Below are positions 37,782 through 45,767 of a stretch of DNA of 45,767 bases, piece after piece. Where the stretch lies: positions 1-45,767 of the forward strand of contig JBEKZX010000011.1 of assembly GCA_049509455.1 (NCBI GenBank), written 5' to 3'. Below the pieces are notes generated by a model. It saw nothing but the letters and a program-made list of their open reading frames with translations, did no database searches and was not told where the DNA came from. How positions within the stretch are numbered: the first letter of the stretch is position 1; the number at the start of each line of letters is the position of its first letter. Origin of the DNA: Conexivisphaerales archaeon. GTDB lineage: Archaea; Thermoproteota; Nitrososphaeria; Conexivisphaerales; DTJL01. Made by a program: the position numbers and the translations under genes.

Positions 37782-38919
37782 CGCGGCTCAACGACCGCCT
37801 TTCCTGATAGAAGTTGTAGGCGAAGTAGACCACGACCAGAAGAGCTGCTAGCCCCGCGTAAAGCACGATAATAAAGTCGACGGTATTGGCGGAGCTGGGG
37901 TTGATGAACGCCTCAGCCATCCCGGCTACGGGGGCGTAAAGGAGGACGAGGCTGGTAAGGGCGATGGCGTCTCTCACCAACTTCGTGCTCTTGCGCATAG
38001 CGTCGTAGACGACTGCCACAACGAAGTTGGTGGCGATGGCTATCCAAACCAGGGGCTGGGCGTTGAGGATGAATGTGCCGGCGAACTCGCCGAGGTAGGT
38101 CCAGACCTTCGAGGGATCGGCGAGGAAAATGGCGTACTGCGAGAGCTCTGTCACTTTGACGTACGCCAAGTCAGAGCCGACCACAACCATGATGAGGGAG
38201 GCGATGAACGCGAAGAGCCTGGGGAAGAAGTAGGTGCGCCTCCTGGTCTCTATGATCATCTTGTCGATGTCGAAGGCGCGGATGAGGAAACTCACTCCGA
38301 GGACCAGGGCGATGGCGTACCCATAATACGAGGGGTTCAAGCCGGCGACGGAGACCAGTATGTAGAGCAGCAGGAGGGCACCGGGAACCCCGAGGAAGAA
38401 CTTGGAGTACCTTGGGTCGTAGATGAGCATTTTAGCGTACCTCCCCAACACTTCGTAGGTCTCCTCGACGCTGGCGCTGTGCTTGATCACTATCCGCTTT
38501 ATGCTGACGATGGGGACCAGGGAGCCGAGCAGGGGAGCGAGTCTTTCATCCTCGAAGCCGTCGGAGACGAGCACCAGCCCTTCGGGTTTGGAGTTGCCGA
38601 TGACTATGGTGGCCTCCCTCCTCACTTTCTGGTCGGCTTCGAACCCGCTCTCCGACGTGCCGGTGAGGACTGCGACGTTGCACTCATAGCCCTTGGTGAC
38701 GAGCTCGTCGTACATCTTCACCGTGGCGAAAATGGCGTTGGCGTCCGCCTCCTCCGGGTCGGAGAGGCACAACCTGGTGGCAGCTTCAAGGCACTGCTGC
38801 CGGCCCACTATGGGCGTTTCTAGGCCGGTCTTGTCACCCAAGTCGTTGTCCCTGTCCACGTTGAGGACCAGGAGGCGACCGCGCAGCGCGTCCAATGCGG
38901 TCCTTGTTATGAAAAGCAT
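37771..38919 (-). CDS. DUF373-family membrane protein
   Basis: LVLNVDRDNDLG, DPEEADANAIF, SDGFEDE, C-terminal TM segments; true start may be slightly downstream. Confidence 0.85.
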   Translation of the reverse strand: MLFITRTALDALRGRLLVLNVDRDNDLGDKTGLETPIVGRQQCLEAATRLCLSDPEEADANAIFATVKMYDELVTKGYECNVAVLTGTSESGFEADQKVRREATIVIGNSKPEGLVLVSDGFEDERLAPLLGSLVPIVSIKRIVIKHSASVEETYEVLGRYAKMLIYDPRYSKFFLGVPGALLLLYILVSVAGLNPSYYGYAIALVLGVSFLIRAFDIDKMIIETRRRTYFFPRLFAFIASLIMVVVGSDLAYVKVTELSQYAIFLADPSKVWTYLGEFAGTFILNAQPLVWIAIATNFVVAVVYDAMRKSTKLVRDAIALTSLVLLYAPVAGMAEAFINPSSANTVDFIIVLYAGLAALLVVVYFAYNFYQERRSLSRDES

Positions 38920-38950
38920 CGATTTAAGCTAACTGGACGAGGTGTCTATG

Positions 38951-39742
38951 TCAAGCGTTTGACGACGACAGGTCGTCGTCGTAGAGCACCCTCAGCTCGT
39001 CGAAGGTTAGGCTCTTGCCGCTCTTCATCTTCGCGAGGGCGTCGCTCCTCGCCTTCTCTAGGACGATTCTGTCGACGTCCGCCCTGGCCCGGTTGGAGAG
39101 GGCCTTCTGGCTGGAACGCTCTTTCGCCAGCTGCTCCTTGACAACGGCGATCTTGGCATCTATCTCGCCAAGGGTCCTCTCTAGCTCAATGATATCCACG
39201 TCGACGGCCCTTAGCTCGTCAGAGACCTGCTTCCGTGCTTCGATGAAGTTCCTGATCTTCTGCCTCTTCTCTTTGAGAGCCATGACGACCTCTTCCCTCT
39301 TTGCCTTCACCTCCATCATCTTGCTGGAATTCTCGTCAAGCTGTGACTCGAGCTTGTAGGCATCGTCGCGCAGGTTGAACGCCTTCTTCCAGACGGCCAC
39401 TGACTTCGCCAGCTCCTTGAGCTTGACGAGGACCTCTTGCTCTTGGGCGCGAGTAAGCGGCTGTGTCTGCAGGCGCCACTCCAGCTTCTTGAGCTCGTTT
39501 TCGAGTCCTTCGCCCTTCCGTAGCATCTTCGGCTCCACGCCTTTCATCTGCTCGTCTACCGTCTTGAGCTTGGCGCGGTCGTCCCGTAGTCTCTCCGCTA
39601 AATCCTGGTGGGTGAGGGAAAATATTTCGTTCTTGAGCTCGGCGCGCCGAATCCGGATCTTCTTCAGCTGCTCTATGATGCCCTTGTGCTGGGCGAAAAG
39701 CCCTTCGAGCTTCCCGAACCCGTTATCTTCGGCCATGCCCAC
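38951..39742 (-). CDS. Archaeal coiled-coil protein (COG1340-like)
   Basis: Heptad-rich; LEWRLQTQPLT..E and KSLTFDELR. Confidence 0.75.
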   Translation of the reverse strand: MGMAEDNGFGKLEGLFAQHKGIIEQLKKIRIRRAELKNEIFSLTHQDLAERLRDDRAKLKTVDEQMKGVEPKMLRKGEGLENELKKLEWRLQTQPLTRAQEQEVLVKLKELAKSVAVWKKAFNLRDDAYKLESQLDENSSKMMEVKAKREEVVMALKEKRQKIRNFIEARKQVSDELRAVDVDIIELERTLGEIDAKIAVVKEQLAKERSSQKALSNRARADVDRIVLEKARSDALAKMKSGKSLTFDELRVLYDDDLSSSNA

Positions 39743-39810
39743 TCCCCGCCCTCTACAGAAGGTCTGATATAAGCAAGGCTGTCCGTGGTCGAGAGGTCAT
39801 CCCCGAGCAG

Positions 39811-40278
39811 CTAGCCGCTGGTGAAGTTCCAGAGATAAATTCCCCCCTGAACGGAGAGAAATACGTCGGCGCCGACGGAGGCCTCGGACCATGAAAGGGA
39901 AGAGTTGTCAAAGTAGTACCAGATCCAATACGAAGTGGAGCTGCCGTTCACGCCGAGGATCCCGATGACAAAGGCCTCCGATACGTTTCCGAAGGTGTAG
40001 ACCTCGGCGGTCATGCGGCCTCCCGTGGCGACGTATGTGGCGTTGTAGACGGAGGAGCCCACGGGGACGTACGTGTTATTGTACCAGAGGCGGGTCCCGT
40101 TCCCGAAGTCCACGCCGACGTTCACCGTTTCGCTGACCGATCCCAGCCTGCTTCGAAGGTAGTCGTTCTGGGATCGAAGCGTCGATGCCTCTTGAGAGTA
40201 GAAGAGGGCGGCGTAGGATGTCACCACCAGCCCCAGAAGTAGGATGGTGGAGAAGATCTTCCAGTATGGCCTAGGCGA
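39811..40278 (-). CDS. Membrane-anchored/secreted hypothetical protein
   Basis: Frame is open to 40278 and adds the signal-anchor PRPYWKIFSTILLLGLVV; the first canonical start (GTG 40227) lies inside the hydrophobic helix. Confidence 0.6.
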   Translation of the reverse strand, partial: SPRPYWKIFSTILLLGLVVTSYAALFYSQEASTLRSQNDYLRSRLGSVSETVNVGVDFGNGTRLWYNNTYVPVGSSVYNATYVATGGRMTAEVYTFGNVSEAFVIGILGVNGSSTSYWIWYYFDNSSLSWSEASVGADVFLSVQGGIYLWNFTSG

Positions 40279-40795
40279 GCCTGCTCAGCCTCCTGAACAC
40301 GGACCTGTCGGCCTCGACAACGACGATGGGGGCGACGATCATGAACTGCAGGAAGTTCGAGACCACGTGCACTACGCTCAGCAGGGAGCCCATTATGATG
40401 CCATTCAGCACGCTCTGATAGAAGACGACGCCGTAAACGGCGTTCGTCACAAGGTCATAAGACAGGGTTGCCCCCAGACCCACCACGCCGAACAACCAAG
40501 CGTTGTCCAAGCCGGGGAGCCTCGCCCTGTCCTGGAGCAGGCCGCCCAGCACACCATAGAGCATCTCCATGGGCACCACTGTGAAAAAGATAACCAGGTT
40601 GAACCCGAAGGGGTTGACTGTCCCGTAGACCATCCAAGAGAGGGCGCCGGCAGCCGCCCCGTATATCGGTCCCATCCAGATGCCCGAGAGGAACACCAAC
40701 ATGTCCATGACCTTGACGTTGAGGACGCCTATCAGCGCATAGTCGGTGCTGACGCTGAGGGCGACCATCACTGCAAGGAGGGCCGGCTTGTTCAA
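40271..40795 (-). CDS. ECF S-component-like membrane protein
   Basis: NVKVMDMLVFLSG..GP..GAAAG; about 5-6 TM segments; likely TTG at 40795. Confidence 0.75.
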   Translation of the reverse strand: MNKPALLAVMVALSVSTDYALIGVLNVKVMDMLVFLSGIWMGPIYGAAAGALSWMVYGTVNPFGFNLVIFFTVVPMEMLYGVLGGLLQDRARLPGLDNAWLFGVVGLGATLSYDLVTNAVYGVVFYQSVLNGIIMGSLLSVVHVVSNFLQFMIVAPIVVVEADRSVFRRLSRLA

Positions 40796-40880
40796 TGACG
40801 TTGGATGGATAATCCAACCATCTAAATCCTCCGCGCGCCGCCACCAACCATTAAATAACACGAAAGGAAAAGCATGGGGG

Positions 40881-41501
40881 TTGCTCGCCCGCGAGATGGA
40901 GAAGCTCGTTGAAGAGGAAGCGCCCGGACCGCACCCCTCCTTCACGCTGGGGCATGGCCTCTATGCGCTCTTCTTGATCGCTGAGTCATCCGTGGGCAGG
41001 CAGAAGCTCGCCTCCATTATGTCCATCGGGGAAGGGTCCGCCCGGACGTTGCTGCGCAAACTCACCAAACGAGGCCTTGTGGTGGCGGACCGCTCAGGTT
41101 GTCGTCTGACTCCCAGAGGGGCTTCCGTATACGGAGAGGCGAAGAGGGCCTTTTACCTTTTTAGGCCCAAGCACGGCAGCCTCCCCGGCAAGGTCAGCTT
41201 CGGCGTAGGATTGCGAGGCGGCGGAGGCAAGGCAGAGGGCGTCCAGGAGCGCGATCAGGCGGTGAAGGCGGGGGCCGAAGGTGCCATCACCCTAGTCTAC
41301 AGCGAGGGGAAGCTCTACATGCCGGGCCTATCCAACGTGTCGGAGGAGCACCCGGATCTGGCCGAAAGCATCCTGAATGTTGTGTCGCCCAGCGATGGAG
41401 ACGCCATAATCGTATCCTGGGGCAGCGAAGTGAGCGAAGTCGTCTACGGTTCCCTCAGCGCGGCCTGGTCTCTCTACGAACGCCCTTCAAGCGAAGGATG
41501 A
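40881..41501 (+). CDS. wHTH-containing protein (DUF2111/DUF4443-like)
   Basis: GP.PSF, VGRQKLA..IGEGSARTLL, ERDQAVKAGAEGAITL. Confidence 0.75.
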   Translation: MLAREMEKLVEEEAPGPHPSFTLGHGLYALFLIAESSVGRQKLASIMSIGEGSARTLLRKLTKRGLVVADRSGCRLTPRGASVYGEAKRAFYLFRPKHGSLPGKVSFGVGLRGGGGKAEGVQERDQAVKAGAEGAITLVYSEGKLYMPGLSNVSEEHPDLAESILNVVSPSDGDAIIVSWGSEVSEVVYGSLSAAWSLYERPSSEG

Positions 41502-41780
41502 AGGCTTGACTTCGGTCAATTTCCAGCGGCCATCCTTCTTGGTGGCGAGGACGGGTTTCGCCCCGAAGGCCATCCCCCATTCATAAAAGAGCGCCTTCTC
41601 TTCCTTGGAAATGTACGACCCCTTCTTCACCTGAACCGCTAGGAGTCTCCTTCCGTCGGTGGCGATGAGGTCCACGGGTGTGTGTGATCCGGCGCTCCTG
41701 ATGACGTAGGAGAAGCCTTTGGAGACGAGCATCTTCTTGATCGTATATTCGGCGTTCCTTCCCGATATGTAGTTGCTCAA
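41487..41780 (-). CDS. hjc: Holliday junction resolvase Hjc-like nuclease
   Basis: GRNAE..GF.VIRSAGS..PVDLIA..LAVQVK (PD-(D/E)XK). Confidence 0.8.
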   Translation of the reverse strand: MSNYISGRNAEYTIKKMLVSKGFSYVIRSAGSHTPVDLIATDGRRLLAVQVKKGSYISKEEKALFYEWGMAFGAKPVLATKKDGRWKLTEVKPSSFA

Positions 41781-41830
41781 CGAGGCCCCCTTGCTCGCAA
41801 AGCTATGTCGGGCGTGGATATAAGAATGAG

Positions 41831-42233
41831 CGGTCCTGGGAAGTCATGAGTTGACGCTTCCCCTCGAGGCATCGACTCTGAGGATTAGAAGCATCGTCTG
41901 GTTCCCCCCCAAACGGGCCTCTTCCTTGTTGCGAGTATGTCAGCGGCCTCCGATATGACGCAGAGCTCATAGTACAAACGGACATGGAATCTCGGAAGGC
42001 TGTGACTTGGAAGAAAGCTCAGGCGTCGGAGGGTCGAAGCGGAGGGTCGAAGCGTCGCTCGCCAGACCTATGCGAATGTACCCGTTCGTTATCTCCTTGA
42101 AAGAGCGCACCAGGTCTAGGGACCTCTGCCGATGGAGAACATGACGCCTCACCGCCTTTCCAGCCAGCACTTCATAGATTCTCCGTGGACGCGCTATTAA
42201 GAACCCACATCAACCGATGACTTCCCAGAACCG
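41831..42233 (-). other. 403-bp element closed by a 24-bp imperfect inverted repeat (MITE-like remnant or structured RNA)
   Basis: 41831-41854 and 42210-42233 match 21/24; additional internal stems. Confidence 0.55.
42028..42053. repeat. Perfect 13-bp tandem duplication GGAGGGTCGAAGC x2
   Basis: Read directly from the sequence. Confidence 0.9.
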
Positions 42234-42283
42234 GCGAGGTCAAGGCTTTAAGCACGGCAGAGATTTAGGCAGGGAAGAGGCAC

Positions 42284-43231
42284 ATGCAGCAGGGCATCGA
42301 GGAGCTGCTCTCCGAAAGCAGGGATCTCACCGTAAGGCTTTTCGACCGAGAGCTGGTCTTTTACAAGCCCAGATTCCATAATTCGTCGAAGGACTCTTTC
42401 CCGACGTTTTCGGTCACCGGGACTTCCTGCGCCCTACAATGCGAACACTGTAAGGCCGAGATCCTTCGTTCGATGAGGCCTGCCCCCACCCCGACTGAGC
42501 TCTACGCGGACATGCTGTCGGCCTACGCCGAGGGTGCGAGGGGTTGTCTGGTGAGCGGCGGTTCACGACCGGACGGGTCGGTCCCCATCGAACCCTTCCT
42601 CGACGCCATAGGATCCGCGAAGAAGGAGACGGGGATGAAAGTCGTCGTGCACACGGGCCTGATAAGGAGGAGGACGGCGTCGATGCTGGCGAAGGCGAAC
42701 GTGGACTCGGCGCTCATGGACCTGCTGGGGGACGAGCATTCGATTCGCGACGTCTGTCATTTGGACGCCTCTCTGATGGATTACAGGCGGGCTGTGGCTG
42801 ACTTGGTGAACGCGGGGATCCCATTGACTCCCCACTACATCGTGGGCCTGGGCGCCAGCCCGTCCGCGGTGGACAGAGTGCTCGACATGCTGGAGGACCA
42901 CCGCCCGCATGCCTTCATAGTGATCGCCCTGAGGCCCCTAGAGGCGACGCCCATGGCGCTGGCTTCGCCCCCCACACCGTCGGACGTAGCCTGCGCCCTG
43001 GCGAAGGCAAGGCTGCGACTGAGAGACGTCCCGCTCGCCCTGGGCTGCATGAGACCTGTTGGTCGGCTTCGTGAAGAAATAGACGTCATGGCCATCAGAA
43101 CGGGGATCAACGCGATGGCCCACCCGACGCCAGGCGCCTACGCGGCTGCCGCCGAAGGCGGTTGGAAGGTCAAGGAGAGGATGACCTGCTGCTCGGAAGT
43201 CTTCGTGGACTACTCGCGTCAACCGGCCTGA
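42284..43231 (+). CDS. Radical SAM protein (uncharacterised BioB-like, COG1856-type)
   Basis: CALQCEHC CxxxCxxC motif, LVSGG, LGCMRP. Confidence 0.88.
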   Translation: MQQGIEELLSESRDLTVRLFDRELVFYKPRFHNSSKDSFPTFSVTGTSCALQCEHCKAEILRSMRPAPTPTELYADMLSAYAEGARGCLVSGGSRPDGSVPIEPFLDAIGSAKKETGMKVVVHTGLIRRRTASMLAKANVDSALMDLLGDEHSIRDVCHLDASLMDYRRAVADLVNAGIPLTPHYIVGLGASPSAVDRVLDMLEDHRPHAFIVIALRPLEATPMALASPPTPSDVACALAKARLRLRDVPLALGCMRPVGRLREEIDVMAIRTGINAMAHPTPGAYAAAAEGGWKVKERMTCCSEVFVDYSRQPA

Positions 43232-43977
43232 TCCTCGCCTCCCTGGAAGATGTTGGCGATAGCCCCTGACAGGTCGAGCATGCCGGAGCCTGTGGAGGAC
43301 GAAACGGGCCACAGCCGGCTTATGAAGCCTTTCGAGCTCAAGGTCCTAAGAAGCCCCGAATAGAGGAGGTAGTCGTCGCCCTTCAGCTTGGAGGATACCT
43401 CGTCGAGTATCGTGTCGGGCTGGCGGGCCCAGCCACCGATTCTATCGACGGAGTCGGGAACCAAGTCAGCCTTCGACAGGATAGGAAGGAATGGGACGTT
43501 GAACCTGAGCTTCACCGACGATGCCAGAAGCATCAGTGAAAGGAAGTTCGTCGCGTCCGTCATGAGCCAGGAATCGAATAGGAAGAGGAGGGCGCTTCTA
43601 TCCTGCCCCATCTGCTTGACCAGAAAGGGACCGCTGGGCCTGTAGGCGAAGAGCTCCATCTGGCCGGGGGTGTCAAAGATGACATAGTCGGCATTGTAGT
43701 CATCTATCTCCTCCTGAAGCTCGGACGCCTTCGACGCTATCATGTCGGCAGCCAAGACGAGGCCGCCGTTGGGACCAAGGCCGTACTTCTCCATCAGCTC
43801 ATGAAGATTGACTGAATTTCTGACGTCAACGTCTGGATCATAAGGGAGTCCCTCAGCCCCGGGGTCCAGGTTCACCGTCACCACGTCCCACTCCTTCCCA
43901 ACGAGGAGGTCCTTCAGGGAGTGCGTCAGGAGGCTTTTCCCTGCCCCCGCTGTGCCAACGACGAAGAGATTGCCCAA
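43219..43977 (-). CDS. GPN-loop GTPase
   Basis: GTAGAGKS, NLDPG, GLGPNGG, DTPGQME. Confidence 0.94.
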   Translation of the reverse strand: MGNLFVVGTAGAGKSLLTHSLKDLLVGKEWDVVTVNLDPGAEGLPYDPDVDVRNSVNLHELMEKYGLGPNGGLVLAADMIASKASELQEEIDDYNADYVIFDTPGQMELFAYRPSGPFLVKQMGQDRSALLFLFDSWLMTDATNFLSLMLLASSVKLRFNVPFLPILSKADLVPDSVDRIGGWARQPDTILDEVSSKLKGDDYLLYSGLLRTLSSKGFISRLWPVSSSTGSGMLDLSGAIANIFQGGEDQAG

Positions 43978-44074
43978 GCGAAAGACACCGAATTCCTTGC
44001 TTTGTTCGCCTTCTGCCGGATATTAAGCTAGCTGGGCCACCGCGCCTCCTTCTAGGGGTTTATAGAGGAGAGAG

Positions 44075-44911
44075 GTGCTTCGCCGAATCGTGAGCGCCGC
44101 CTTCACCGCCGTCGTCATCGGCATCGGCAACGAGCTCTTGAACGGAAGGACAGCCAACACGAACGCCCAGTGGCTGTGCGGCGAGATTTACTCCCTAGGA
44201 GGCTCCGTCAAGAGGGTCCTGACCGTCCCCGATGACCTCAAGGAGATCAAGGGAGCCCTACATGAAACCATCCTCGGAGACGCACGATGGATAGTCACCA
44301 CGGGAGGCCTCGGTCCCACCTATGACGACATTACCCTCCAAGGCGTCGCTGCGGCCCTCGGTCGGGAGCTCGTCGAGGACCAGAAGGCGAAGGAGATGAT
44401 AATGGACAGGCTGAAAGAGTACCAGAAGAGCGGCCGCGTGGTTTCTCTGGATTACACGCCGGAAAGGGCGAAGATGGCGATTATCCCCGTTGGATCAAAG
44501 CCCCTTGCCAATTCGGCGGGGACTGCCCCTGGAGTCCTGGTGGAGGTCAATGGGAAGTTCGTGGCCTGCCTGCCCGGCGTTCCGTCTGAGATGAAGGCCA
44601 TCTTCCGGGAGCATCTCGCCCCCTTGATGGCAAAGGGTCGCCTGAAGACCGTCACCGTGGACACCGATATCCGGGGCCTCCCGGAGGCCTCCCTAGCGCC
44701 CACCCTGGCCTCGTTAGCTGAAGATTATCCCCTCGTCTACGTCAAGTCCCATCCGCAGGGTTTCGAGAAGGTCAGCAGGGTGTTAGTGCAGTTGACAGGA
44801 CGGGGCGAATCAGGCCTGCGTGACGTGGAATCGGCGAGAAGGAAGCTGGCCTCCGTCCTGGGCGGGCTCAAGGCCGAATATGAAATGACAACAAGACAGG
44901 ATAATCAATAG
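44075..44911 (+). CDS. CinA N-terminal-like molybdopterin-binding-fold protein
   Basis: IGNELLNG..NTNA, TTGGLGPTYDDIT, GTAPG, LPGVPSEM. Confidence 0.9.
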   Translation: MLRRIVSAAFTAVVIGIGNELLNGRTANTNAQWLCGEIYSLGGSVKRVLTVPDDLKEIKGALHETILGDARWIVTTGGLGPTYDDITLQGVAAALGRELVEDQKAKEMIMDRLKEYQKSGRVVSLDYTPERAKMAIIPVGSKPLANSAGTAPGVLVEVNGKFVACLPGVPSEMKAIFREHLAPLMAKGRLKTVTVDTDIRGLPEASLAPTLASLAEDYPLVYVKSHPQGFEKVSRVLVQLTGRGESGLRDVESARRKLASVLGGLKAEYEMTTRQDNQ

Positions 44912-44937
44912 CCAGTAGTACGGGGTTGTCGACTCTA

Positions 44938-45153
44938 CTACTTCTTCTTGTCGCTGAGCCACCAGGCGAGGTAGTCGTCCTCCATCCTTCGGCGCTTCTT
45001 CCTGTCGTCCTCGCTTCCTTCTCTGATTCTCGCTTTTATGTCATCGAGCTGCTCCCTGGTGACGAAGAGACCGCAGCCCTTGCACTGAAAATGCTTGGTC
45101 GACAGTTCGTAGACCATGTTTCCACCGCATTCGGGACACGCCGTTTGGGACAT
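44938..45153 (-). CDS. Small Zn-finger protein
   Basis: CPECGG..CKGCG with charged tail YLAWWLS. Confidence 0.8.
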   Translation of the reverse strand: MSQTACPECGGNMVYELSTKHFQCKGCGLFVTREQLDDIKARIREGSEDDRKKRRRMEDDYLAWWLSDKKK

Positions 45154-45321
45154 TCAAACGCCCCGGTTTCTGAGAAGGCTCACCAGAAGTCCTCTCCTTA
45201 AACCTTTCCGCGAGCGGATTCTGGCTTGCTTGCCCTCTAGAGCAAACAGATGTATGCCCTCCACCTTCGGCGGGATAGCTTTAAAACACGGCTGGAGGAG
45301 ATAAGGCGAGCAGACTGCTAC

Positions 45322-45767
45322 TTGGATGAGATATACATCGCCGGCGGCCCGGCGTCCGTTCAGCTCGCCGAAGAGACGGCGAAGCTCCTCAGAGCGAAAC
45401 AAATCAATGTCGAGCACAAGCTCTTCCCCGACGGCGAGAACTACTTCAAGCTGACGGGCGACGAAGTGGCCCACGACGTCTTCGTCTTCCAGTCGACCTA
45501 CCCGCCTCAGGATCAGCATATCGTGCAGCTTTTGCTGATGTCCAACAAGCTCCTCGAAGACGGAGTCAAGGTTGTAGCGGTGGTACCGTACCTGGCCTAT
45601 GCCAGGCAGCACCGGACCTTCCTACTGGGAGAGGTCGTGTCTCTCGAGGCGATGGCGCGGCTGATGGTTTCAGCCGGAATCAAGCGTATGATCACCATCG
45701 ACATACACAACGTGGAAGGGTTGGGATTCTTCGACATCCCCGCCCACAGCCTGTCGGCCGTGCCGCT
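45322..45767 (+). CDS. prs: Ribose-phosphate pyrophosphokinase (5' part; runs off the window)
   Basis: FPDGENY, FVFQSTYPPQD, PYLAYARQ, TIDIHN; absent from the track because its stop lies beyond the window. Confidence 0.93.
   Translation, partial: MDEIYIAGGPASVQLAEETAKLLRAKQINVEHKLFPDGENYFKLTGDEVAHDVFVFQSTYPPQDQHIVQLLLMSNKLLEDGVKVVAVVPYLAYARQHRTFLLGEVVSLEAMARLMVSAGIKRMITIDIHNVEGLGFFDIPAHSLSAVP

Noticed and set aside
41831-42233. Element as RNase P RNA or SRP RNA
   Set aside because: It lacks the GAGGAAAGUCC/P4 signature and the SRP helix-8 motif on either strand.

Overview
GC-rich (about 60% by eye) archaeal core-genome window, most consistent with a TACK / Nitrososphaerota-like lineage (inference from gene content: SMC-ScpA-ScpB, TFEbeta, gar1-tfb cluster, nop5-fibrillarin, frequent TTG starts). 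It holds about 55 mostly housekeeping genes for translation, RNA modification, transcription, DNA repair, chromosome organisation, and nitrogen and nucleotide metabolism. No rRNA, tRNA or CRISPR array was seen. Main discovery: the ribosomal protein S30e gene (4389-4575, minus strand), missed by the ORF track, is split by a 19-nt insertion (4522-4540). The insertion folds with its flanks into a canonical bulge-helix-bulge (BHB) motif. Cutting at the predicted sites restores an intact 55-aa S30e, so this looks like a tRNA-type intron in an archaeal mRNA. Other notable items: a TFB with a six-CxxC zinc-ribbon insertion; two genes whose apparent starts are ACG or TCG overlapping the upstream stop; a 403-bp element closed by a 24-bp inverted repeat; a sixA / IS5-transposase chimera; and two decayed genes.
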